12,895 nt of DNA from a virus. The translations under genes were made by a program, and so were the position numbers. The first letter of the stretch is position 1; each line of letters starts with the position of its first letter. Below, piece after piece: positions 1 through 7,006 of this stretch. The stretch lies in UHGV virus genome UHGV-0267677. One strand, 5' to 3'. Below the pieces are notes generated by a model. That model ran no database searches. It saw nothing but the letters and a program-made list of their open reading frames with translations, and was not told the origin of the DNA.

Positions 1-392
1 CACTCATTGTGAATGAGTATCGGGAGCAGGGCGGCGGCACCATCGATTTCCCTGATGATGTCAGCCGTGCACGCCAGAAGCTGTTCCGCTTCCTCGATAA
101 CAAATTCGATTCTGAAAAATACCGAAATAACGTGCGTGAACTGACCCCGGCAATTCTGGCGGTACTACCGCTGGAATATCGCGGTTACCTGGTTGAGCAG
201 GATAGCTTCATGGCTAGGTTGGCTGAAATGGAAAAGGAACTCAGTGAGGCAAAACAGGCTGTCATTCTCAACGCACCACGCCACCAGAAACTGAAGGAAA
301 TTAGTGAAGGTATTGTGTCGATGTTTCGTGTGGACCCAGATCTGGCTGGTCCATTGATGGCGATGGTTACTACCATGCTGGGGGCGATATGA
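1..392 (+). CDS. Early-region hypothetical protein, 5' end probably truncated by the window edge (possibly YdaT-family)
   Basis: Frame is open from nt 3 (no stop before the GTG at 9) and ends at TGA 390-392, 86 nt upstream of O. Motifs such as EQGGG and PAILAVLPLEYRGYL resemble what I recall of YdaT-like prophage proteins; this is recollection, not a search result. Confidence 0.55.
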   Translation, partial: LIVNEYREQGGGTIDFPDDVSRARQKLFRFLDNKFDSEKYRNNVRELTPAILAVLPLEYRGYLVEQDSFMARLAEMEKELSEAKQAVILNAPRHQKLKEISEGIVSMFRVDPDLAGPLMAMVTTMLGAI

Positions 393-478
393 CAGGTTCA
401 GAAATGGCGAAAGCCGGTCTGCTGGAACAGAACCGACTTTCAGGTGCAAATCGTAACACACTCATTGCGGGAGGAATT

Positions 479-1408
479 ATGGCAAACACTGCTGAGATAT
501 TCAATTTTCCAGTGCCGGATGCGGCACAAAAGGAGCCGCGCGTGGCAGATCTCGATGATGGTTATACGCGCATTGCAAATGAGTTGCTGGAAGCTGTGAT
601 GCTGGCCGGATTAACACAGCACCAGCTTCTGGTCTTCCTGGCTGTCATGCGCAAAACATATGGCTTTAATAAAAAACTGGATTGGGTGAGCAACGAGCAA
701 CTTTCCGAGTTGACCGGGATATTGCCGCACAAGTGTTCTGCTGCAAAAAGTGTTCTGGTAAAGCGTGGGATTTTGATTCAGAGCGGGCGGAATATCGGTA
801 TTAATAATGTGGTCAGTGAATGGTCAACATTACCCGAATCAGGTAAGAAAAATAAAGTTTACCTGAAAGAGGTAAATTTACCTGAATCAGGTAAGAAAAG
901 TTTACCCAAATCAGGTAAAGGCGTTTACCCGAATCAGGTAAACACAAAAGACAAACTAACAAAAGACAATATAAAACCTTTTTCGTCCGAGAATTCTGGC
1001 GAATCCTCTGACCAACCAGAAAACGATCTTCCTGTGGTGAAACCGGATGCTGCAATTCAGAGCGGCAGCAAGTGGGGGACAGCAGAAGACCTGACCGCCG
1101 CAGAGTGGATGTTTGACATGGTGAAGACCATCGCGCCATCAGCCAGGAAACCGAATTTTGCAGGGTGGGCTAACGATATCCGCCTGATGCGTGAACGTGA
1201 CGGACGTAACCACCGCGACATGTGCGTGCTGTTCCGCTGGGCATGCCAGGACAACTTCTGGTCCGGTAACGTGCTAAGTCCGGCCAAACTCCGCGACAAG
1301 TGGACCCAACTCGAAATCAACCGTAACAAGCAACAGGCAGGCGTGACAGCTAGCAAACCAAAACTCGACCTGACAAACACAGACTGGATTTACGGGGTGG
1401 ATCTATGA
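479..1408 (+). CDS. O: Replication initiator protein O (lambda O family)
   Basis: N-terminal domain MANTAEIFNF...VADLDDGYTRIANELLEA...RKTYGFNK and C-terminal end ...TDWIYGVDL match lambda O as I recall it. Start ATG 479 has a good SD (GGGAGGAA). The ORF-track start at 389 is in frame but would add a 30-aa extension that lambda O lacks. Stop overlaps the P start (ATGA at 1405-1408). Confidence 0.88.
   Translation: MANTAEIFNFPVPDAAQKEPRVADLDDGYTRIANELLEAVMLAGLTQHQLLVFLAVMRKTYGFNKKLDWVSNEQLSELTGILPHKCSAAKSVLVKRGILIQSGRNIGINNVVSEWSTLPESGKKNKVYLKEVNLPESGKKSLPKSGKGVYPNQVNTKDKLTKDNIKPFSSENSGESSDQPENDLPVVKPDAAIQSGSKWGTAEDLTAAEWMFDMVKTIAPSARKPNFAGWANDIRLMRERDGRNHRDMCVLFRWACQDNFWSGNVLSPAKLRDKWTQLEINRNKQQAGVTASKPKLDLTNTDWIYGVDL
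829..942. repeat. ori iterons: five ~19-bp dyad-symmetric repeats (consensus TTTACC[C/T][G/A]AATCAGGTAA[G/A]) inside the O coding sequence
   Basis: Copies at about 829-847, 858-876, 877-895, 901-919 and 924-942, each containing the palindrome TACCYGA/TCAGGTA. They fall in the O linker region and are mirrored in the protein as repeated LPESGKK/LPKSGK/YPNQVN peptides, as in the lambda ori arrangement. Confidence 0.85.
943..990. promoter_or_regulatory. AT-rich DNA-unwinding region of the replication origin, immediately right of the iterons
   Basis: Sequence cacaaaagacaaactaacaaaagacaatataaaaccttttt directly follows iteron 5, analogous to the AT-rich segment of ori-lambda. Confidence 0.6.
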
Positions 1409-2127
1409 AAAACATCGCCGCACAGATGATTAACTTTGACCGTGAGCAGATGCGTCGGATCGCCAACAACATGCCGGAACAGTACGACGAAAAGCCGCAG
1501 GTACAGCAGGTAGCGCAGATCATCAATGGTGTGTTCAGCCAGTTACTGGCAACTTTCCCGGCGAGCCTGGCTAACCGTGACCAGAATGAACTGAACGAAA
1601 TCCGCCGCCAGTGGGTTCTGGCTTTCCGGGAAAACGGGATCACCACGATGGAACAGGTTAACGCAGGAATGCGCGTAGCCCGTCGGCAGAATCGACCATT
1701 CCTGCCATCACCCGGGCAGTTTGTCGCCTGGTGCCGGGAAGAAGCATCCGTTACCGCCGGGCTGCCAAACGCCAGCGAGCTGGTTGATATGGTTTACGAG
1801 TATTGCCGGAAGCGAGGCCTGTATCCGGATGCGGAGTCTTATCCGTGGAAATCAAACGCGCACTACTGGCTGGTTACCAACCTGTATCAGAACATGCGGG
1901 CCAATGCGTTGACTGACGCGGAATTACGGCGCAAGGCTGCCGATGAACTGTCCTGTATGACCGCACGAATTAACCGTGGTGAGGCTATACCTGAACCAGT
2001 AAAACAACTTCCTGTCATGGGCGGTAGACCTCTAAATCGTGCACAGGCTCTGGCGAAGATCGCAGAAATCAAAGCTAAGTTTGGGCTGAAAGGGGGAAAA
2101 GCATTATATAAAAAGATTTCGAAATAA
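1405..2127 (+). CDS. P: Replication protein P (DnaB helicase loader), lambda-type
   Basis: 240-aa translation MKNIAAQMINFDREQMRRIANNMPEQYDEKPQVQQVAQIINGVF... appears almost identical to lambda P from memory. SD GGGGTGGA precedes ATG 1405; stop TAA 2125-2127. Confidence 0.95.
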   Translation: MKNIAAQMINFDREQMRRIANNMPEQYDEKPQVQQVAQIINGVFSQLLATFPASLANRDQNELNEIRRQWVLAFRENGITTMEQVNAGMRVARRQNRPFLPSPGQFVAWCREEASVTAGLPNASELVDMVYEYCRKRGLYPDAESYPWKSNAHYWLVTNLYQNMRANALTDAELRRKAADELSCMTARINRGEAIPEPVKQLPVMGGRPLNRAQALAKIAEIKAKFGLKGGKALYKKISK

Positions 2128-2279
2128 TGCATTGATTTTTATGTTTTTTTCTGTTCAGGTTCTATTGGTTGAAATTAATGCCACTGGGAATAAAAGTTTT
2201 AGCAAAGCCCTTCAAAAATGTTGCTGTTGTAAGCTAGAATAATGCGCCAAATTTACATTGCTGAAACCTGGAATATAGG

Positions 2280-2945
2280 ATGAAAATCATACAGTTACAA
2301 ATGGTATTTTTTTACGATTCATCAACGACTGTCGATTTCGATGGAATGTCGTATTTTATTAGGCAAACTTTTAAAAAGAAGGCAGGTATTGAATTAACAA
2401 ACAATATGATGTTGGGCGTTTTACCTATGGATACCCCACCAGAGATTCCTCGTCTCCAATTGTTTTCTATAGATAATAAATTTAGAGTTCAATGCTCACT
2501 GCAGAGATGTGATTTGTTTTTTGAACGTATGGATTCTGAGCAAGAGGTAGACTTACATTTGTTTCAAGAAGTTTTCGATAGTGTGGTTGATATCCATAAA
2601 GAACTCAATAAGGATATTATCAGAATAGGCTTGGTGGCCGTTAAGGCGGAATTAAACAACAACCCAAACAAAGAGATTGTTAAAAACTATCTTAGTAACA
2701 ACATGCAGAATGATAGCGAAATAATTGAAGATATTAATTTAATGTATAATAAAAAATTCGAGTTTGAGCAGTCCATATTTAATTGTCATTTGTCGATTAT
2801 GTCAGGATATGATCTTGTCAGAGAACAACCAATGCTAGTGAAACAGATCGATGTGAATACAATCGAGAGTTTTATATTTAAAGATAAATATACCGCAGAA
2901 AAAACAAAAAAAGCCTTTTTAAGTAAAGTGAATGAAATTCAGTAA
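2280..2945 (+). CDS. Hypothetical protein, cargo gene 1 of the AT-rich island (no recognisable motif; start uncertain)
   Basis: 221-aa ORF in a strongly AT-rich block with a Lys/Asn/Ile-rich composition. ATG 2280 has poor SD spacing (AGGA abuts the ATG), so a downstream in-frame start is possible. Ends TAA 2943-2945, 14 nt before gene 2. No antisense ORF of comparable quality. Confidence 0.55.
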   Translation: MKIIQLQMVFFYDSSTTVDFDGMSYFIRQTFKKKAGIELTNNMMLGVLPMDTPPEIPRLQLFSIDNKFRVQCSLQRCDLFFERMDSEQEVDLHLFQEVFDSVVDIHKELNKDIIRIGLVAVKAELNNNPNKEIVKNYLSNNMQNDSEIIEDINLMYNKKFEFEQSIFNCHLSIMSGYDLVREQPMLVKQIDVNTIESFIFKDKYTAEKTKKAFLSKVNEIQ

Positions 2946-2959
2946 TGTGAGGTGGCTGA

Positions 2960-3919
2960 ATGAATAAGGATGATAATAAAAAGGATATAAAAAGAATTGC
3001 AAATAATAATGCTATAGTCAACGATGACATGGCAAAAAGAACTGCGCATCATTCACTTTATTCTAATTCACAAGTATCGAATAGTACATCTACGTATACA
3101 GGAGGGGTACAAAAAATTAGTAATTTGCAGATAGATAATAAAACTGCAACAGCTTCAAATAAAGAGCGGGAAAGTATATCTATCAAAGACGCGGCACCAC
3201 AAAACTTAATAAAAACCTCTCTTTTTGTTAATGAAAAAGAAATGTTGCATGAAGCTATAAAATACAGTTCAAAAGCAACTGTGCCGGTGATGGATAATAC
3301 TGTCTCTAATGCCATTTTATCTAATTACTTTGTTAATAATAATTCTGAATCTACAATTTCTTTTAATAAAGAGAATGTAAAAAAATATACAAAAAGTGAT
3401 ATTGATAACATCCTCTGGAAAAATATCAATGATCAACTAACCAATTTTTCGCAAGAGTTGAATAAGAGCAAAAAGAATATTAATGATACTAAAAGAAAAA
3501 TAGGTAAGGTAATGTCTTCATTATCTCAGCAAACTGCAAAGATTGAGCAATTTGATGCAACATTATCAAATGCTGAAAAAGATATACATGAGAAAGTTAA
3601 AAGCTTTGAATCGGAAGTAATTACAGCAAGGAACTCAATGCTGGGTGTCATTGCTTTATTTGCTTCTTTCTTTACTTTCATTTCTATTTCAGTAAACGTA
3701 TTTTCTCGCGATATGTCTTTAAGCATGTCAATCTCAGTTTTGTTAGTGATATGGTCGTGCTTAATTAGCTTTATCTTTGTTTTTATGGCAGGGATTAGCA
3801 AGGGAGGAGCTTTTTTTACAAGCTCATCATTTATTAAGCATGCCATTTTTATGGTTGTGCTTTTTATTTCATCTTTCGCACTCCCTAAAGTTATTTTTAA
3901 TATCTTTGCAATTAGCTGA
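2960..3919 (+). CDS. Hypothetical membrane protein, cargo gene 2 (N/S/T-rich N-terminus, coiled-coil-like middle, three C-terminal TM helices)
   Basis: Strong SD GAGGTGG 4 nt upstream of ATG 2960. Hydrophobic segments at about aa 227-247, 255-278 and 293-317. The preceding ~75 aa (KNINDQL...KVKSFESEV) is heptad-like and charged. Confidence 0.7.
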   Translation: MNKDDNKKDIKRIANNNAIVNDDMAKRTAHHSLYSNSQVSNSTSTYTGGVQKISNLQIDNKTATASNKERESISIKDAAPQNLIKTSLFVNEKEMLHEAIKYSSKATVPVMDNTVSNAILSNYFVNNNSESTISFNKENVKKYTKSDIDNILWKNINDQLTNFSQELNKSKKNINDTKRKIGKVMSSLSQQTAKIEQFDATLSNAEKDIHEKVKSFESEVITARNSMLGVIALFASFFTFISISVNVFSRDMSLSMSISVLLVIWSCLISFIFVFMAGISKGGAFFTSSSFIKHAIFMVVLFISSFALPKVIFNIFAIS

Positions 3920-4020
3920 CTATCAGATGTTATCTTCAGTTGTTTAGGGTTGATTTAAAAGCGAATCTTAATATTTTCAAGTTTTGAATTTAGAAATAAA
4001 AAAGCCATAATATTGTCATC

Positions 4021-4148
4021 GGAGCCTAAAAAACTCCGGTGACTTCTGCGCTAAACGGGGACGTTTATGCGCACACACAATCCAAACTCTCATCTCCATT
4101 CACAGATGCAGAAATGCACCTACGATTTTTTACATTCGGTGTTTTACT
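4021..4148 (+). repeat. Direct repeat copy 1 (~125 bp, ~90% identical to copy 2), containing a conserved GGGA-loop hairpin
   Basis: ggagcctaaaaaactccggtgacttctgcgctaaacggggacgtttatgcgcaca...ccattcacagatgcagaaatgcacct.cgatttttt recurs at 5954-6078 with a few substitutions and no indels. Internal imperfect hairpin tgcgctaaacg-GGGA-cgttta(t)gcgca. Confidence 0.85.
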
Positions 4149-4550
4149 TCGACAGCCAGAATTGGGAGTCTCTATTCGTCTGGCGGCTAAAGGTGATATG
4201 GAAATCGTTATGTTTTGGCCTGAGGTAGTTGTAACTGTTGTAGCAACTATGGCTGTGATCATCATGGTGTCCATTTACTGGGGTTGACGACATGATTTAT
4301 CCGGCGCTATATTCTGTGCGTTGCCGCAAAATCGGCACACGGGATTGGCGTCCCGGGATACTACTCAACGCATACCGCGTTAAGCGGTTTTTTTGTGCGC
4401 TAAGCACGGCTATGCCCAAATTATGGTGGGCTGTGTGAGGGCTTCTTCGGAAGCGCCGGGTTTGAGTAGCCGGTTACGCCAACCTTACACAGTTCACCAC
4501 CAGTCGATTGGCGTCGTTGGTGGTGATGGTTAACCTGATGAGGTGATACT

Positions 4551-5159
4551 ATGACTACTCAATTAGCATTCCACAAAACGACGTTTACCCCGATTTGCCA
4601 CAATAACAGAATTTGGCTTACTGCCACTGAAGTTGGTTTAGCACTGGAATATGCGGACGATAAAGCAGTTCAGCGCATTTACTCTCGGCACTCAGATGAA
4701 TTCACAGATATGATGACAAGGGTGGTCAAAGTGACCACCCCTCGTGGAATGCAGGAGTCTCGAGTATTTAGCCTTCGCGGAGCCCATTTGATCGCCATGT
4801 TTGCTCGTACTCCTGTGGCCAAAGAATTCCGCCGCTGGGTTCTGGATATTCTCGATCGAGAAGTTCAACAATCCCCAATCACAAAACAATTCACTGATAA
4901 CGAACTTTGCACACTCGCCTGGTTATGGCGAGCAAGTGATACGATGTTAACCGCCTGCCAGAACGTTACGCCCCTTCTTCAGGTCGCAGAGCATCGCGAA
5001 GCAGGTAGATTCACTTCAATCGAACAAGAATATCCTCGGATACTCAACAGGGCGCGAGAAATCCTTGCCAGAGAAACGGCGCATGTAAAATTCCAACCGT
5101 GGCAGGATGATAAGTGGAGTCGTGTGTTACCATATTTCCGTCAGAATCTGTTGCAATAA
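4551..5159 (+). CDS. Bro-N domain protein (phage antirepressor/KilA-N-like DNA-binding family), C-terminal half unassigned
   Basis: SD GAGGTGA 5 nt upstream of ATG 4551. N-terminal region ...NRIWLTATEVGLALEY...RVFSLRGAHLIAMFARTPVAKEFRRWVLDIL fits the Bro-N signature I recall (...YSLIMRSRKPEAKAFRKWV...). Confidence 0.75.
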   Translation: MTTQLAFHKTTFTPICHNNRIWLTATEVGLALEYADDKAVQRIYSRHSDEFTDMMTRVVKVTTPRGMQESRVFSLRGAHLIAMFARTPVAKEFRRWVLDILDREVQQSPITKQFTDNELCTLAWLWRASDTMLTACQNVTPLLQVAEHREAGRFTSIEQEYPRILNRAREILARETAHVKFQPWQDDKWSRVLPYFRQNLLQ

Positions 5160-5178
5160 AGTCACTAGTTAGAAATAC

Positions 5179-5218
5179 TGCCAGCATTCTGCGATGACGG
5201 AAGTGCTGGCATTTTTTT
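5179..5218 (+). terminator. Rho-independent terminator downstream of the Bro-N gene
   Basis: 8-bp stem tgccagca/tgctggca (5179-5186 and 5204-5211) followed by T7 (5212-5218), 20 nt after the stop codon at 5157-5159. Confidence 0.6.
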
Positions 5219-5393
5219 GGTAATGTGCGAGTCCATTTCATAAAATACGGGTACTGGAACTGGACGATATAATCTAAAAGATACCATTATCAGTAGCATT
5301 AAAATCGCTATGTGCCGATACGGATATAAGTTATATTGATTGTTCACATACCTTATTGGATATTACTGAGGGGTGTTTATATAAGGTGTAACG

Positions 5394-5903
5394 ATGATGT
5401 GGAACTTTGACAGTGCCGACTTAAGTGCAATAGCAGCAGGCATTTCTGCGTTTGGCACATTAGCCGCAGCGGGGTCGGCGCTTGCAAGTTGGTACACGTC
5501 AAAAAAAGCGCTGCAGCTACAAAATAGAGTTTACCTTTATGAGTCTTTAAAGGCTTGCGCTGAGAGAGCCAATTCATCAGCTAAAGATAAGCGCGGATCT
5601 GAATGGAGCGTTAATGATGCAGCGGATATCATCAGGTGCCTAGTACGGGCGATGGAGATCATCAAGCAGGATAGCCAGCAGAAAGAAGGTAATCAGGCAT
5701 TAATGTTGAAACAGTACTTTGTTAATCTGCTAATAATGGAACTGTACGAGGAAGTTCATAACGGTGATGCGGCTGATTCTGTTTTTAAAAGGACGGAACC
5801 TACACAAGTACTTGATAACTTATGGGGCAAATGGCAGGAGGCTATAGCTTTTTTTGATATTTGGAATTACCCAGTTGCGACTGAGGAAGACTTGGCAGAC
5901 TAA
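5394..5903 (+). CDS. Hypothetical protein with one N-terminal transmembrane/signal-anchor helix
   Basis: SD AAGGTG 5 nt upstream of ATG 5394. aa ~10-33 (LSAIAAGISAFGTLAAAGSALASWY) is hydrophobic; the remainder is soluble and acidic. Possible sigma70-like promoter TTGATT-17-GATATT at 5336-5364. Lies between the terminator and repeat copy 2. Confidence 0.6.
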   Translation: MMWNFDSADLSAIAAGISAFGTLAAAGSALASWYTSKKALQLQNRVYLYESLKACAERANSSAKDKRGSEWSVNDAADIIRCLVRAMEIIKQDSQQKEGNQALMLKQYFVNLLIMELYEEVHNGDAADSVFKRTEPTQVLDNLWGKWQEAIAFFDIWNYPVATEEDLAD

Positions 5904-5953
5904 TTTTCAGCACATTTGATTTCCAATAATCAACCAGCCATAATCATGCCATT

Positions 5954-6078
5954 GGAGCCTGAACAACTCCGGTGACTTCTGCGCTAAACGGGGACGTTTA
6001 TGCGCACATACAATCCAACCTATCTTCTCCATTCACAGATGCAGAAATGCACCTGCGATTTTTTGCATCCAGCGTTTG
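5954..6078 (+). repeat. Direct repeat copy 2, immediately upstream of the ybcN/ninB-like gene
   Basis: See copy 1; the same hairpin is preserved. The repeat ends about 20 nt before the GTG start at 6098. Confidence 0.85.
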
Positions 6079-6097
6079 GCCTCTGCGGAGGTGAAGC

Positions 6098-6553
6098 GTG
6101 AACCTCCCACAAGACGGCATAAAATTACATCGCGGTAACTTCACCGCTATCGGTCGGCAGATCCAGCCTTATCTGGAGGAGGGCAAATGCTTTCGCATGG
6201 TGCTTAAACCGTGGCGTGAGAAACGCAGTCTTTCCCAGAATGCACTCAGCCACATGTGGTACAGCGAAATCAGTGAATACCTCATCAGCAGGGGTAAAAC
6301 GTTCGCCACTCCAGCTTGGGTAAAAGATGCTCTCAAACACACATATCTCGGTTATGAAACCAAAGATCTGGTTGATGTCGTAACCGGTGATATCACCACT
6401 ATCCAGTCGTTACGCCATACCTCCGATCTTGATACCGGAGAGATGTATGTCTTCCTGTGTAAGGTCGAAGCCTGGGCGGTGAATATTGGCTGCCATCTGA
6501 CTATTCCGCAGAGCTGCGAGTTCCAGCAGCTCCGTGACAAGCAGGAGGCGTAA
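6098..6553 (+). CDS. ybcN: NinB/Orf-family recombination protein (YbcN-like)
   Basis: 151 aa, GTG start with SD GGAGG 6 nt upstream. The motif [15 protein letters not shown] resembles the lambda Orf/NinB core. Synteny with ninE-ybcO-rusA-ylcG-quuD-nmpC matches the DLP12 gene order. Confidence 0.85.
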   Translation: MNLPQDGIKLHRGNFTAIGRQIQPYLEEGKCFRMVLKPWREKRSLSQNALSHMWYSEISEYLISRGKTFATPAWVKDALKHTYLGYETKDLVDVVTGDITTIQSLRHTSDLDTGEMYVFLCKVEAWAVNIGCHLTIPQSCEFQQLRDKQEA

Positions 6554-6723
6554 TGGCTACACCGCTTATTCGTGTCATGAACGGACACATCTACAGAGTA
6601 CCAAATCGTCGTAAGCGTAAACCGGAGCTGAAGCCTTCCGAAATACCAACACTGCTCGGATATACCGCCAGCCTGGTTGATAAAAAATGGTTGCGACTGG
6701 CAGCAAGGAGGAATCATGGCTGA
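6553..6723 (+). CDS. ninE: NinE-family protein (56 aa)
   Basis: Not in the ORF track (under 60 aa). ATG 6553 overlaps the ybcN stop (TAATG) with SD AGGAGG upstream. Translation [56 protein letters not shown]; stop TGA 6721-6723. Confidence 0.8.
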   Translation: MATPLIRVMNGHIYRVPNRRKRKPELKPSEIPTLLGYTASLVDKKWLRLAARRNHG

Positions 6724-7006
6724 TTTGAGAAAAGCAGCGCGTAGTCGGGAATGCCAGGTAAGAATCCCTGGCATATGTAATGGCAACCCTGAAACGTCTG
6801 TACTGGCACATATCCGGCTGACTGGATTGTGCGGCACCGGTACCAAACCGCCAGACCTGATTGCCACCATTGCATGTTCTGCCTGCCACGACGAAATCGA
6901 CCGCCGCACACATTTTGTCGATGCTGCATATGCAAAAGAATGCGCGCTGGAAGGTATGGCGAGAACACAGGTTATCTGGCTGAAAGAGGGGGTAATCAAG
7001 GCGTGA
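6716..7006 (+). CDS. ybcO: YbcO-family protein (DUF1364, putative nuclease)
   Basis: ATG 6716 with strong SD AAGGAGG, overlapping the ninE 3' end; 96 aa [40 protein letters not shown]... The track ORF starts further upstream at 6677 in the same frame, but the SD supports 6716. Confidence 0.88.
   Translation: MADLRKAARSRECQVRIPGICNGNPETSVLAHIRLTGLCGTGTKPPDLIATIACSACHDEIDRRTHFVDAAYAKECALEGMARTQVIWLKEGVIKA

Noticed and set aside
389-478. Upstream in-frame extension of O (ORF-track start at 389)
   Set aside because: The ATG at 479 has a strong SD and gives an N-terminus matching lambda O (M-x-NTA-x-I-x-NF). The extension would overlap the upstream gene's stop and adds residues absent from O homologues.
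829-942. Tandem ~19-bp repeats considered as a mini CRISPR array
   Set aside because: Only five copies with irregular 19-28 bp spacing and no unique spacers, inside the O coding sequence and followed by an AT-rich tract. This is the classic ori iteron arrangement.
1721-2132. ORFs in alternative frames within P (1721-1912 plus, 1887-2132 minus)
   Set aside because: Embedded in or antisense to the confidently identified P gene.
3058-3846. Minus-strand ORFs (85 and 106 aa) inside cargo gene 2
   Set aside because: Antisense to a better ORF with a strong SD; in AT-rich DNA stop codons are sparse in several frames, so short shadow ORFs are expected.
4021-4060. Hairpin in the direct repeat considered as a nut-site boxB
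   Set aside because: No boxA-like CGCTCTTA nearby, and the stem/loop (long imperfect stem, GGGA loop) does not fit the 5-bp stem and GAAAA-type loop of lambdoid boxB elements. An N-utilisation site is also not expected at this location.
4039-4287. 82-aa ORF beginning inside repeat copy 1 with a hydrophobic C-terminus (possible small toxin)
   Set aside because: No SD before the GTG or the internal ATG, and the start lies inside the structured repeat. I kept it only as an alternative explanation within the repeat finding, not as a CDS call.
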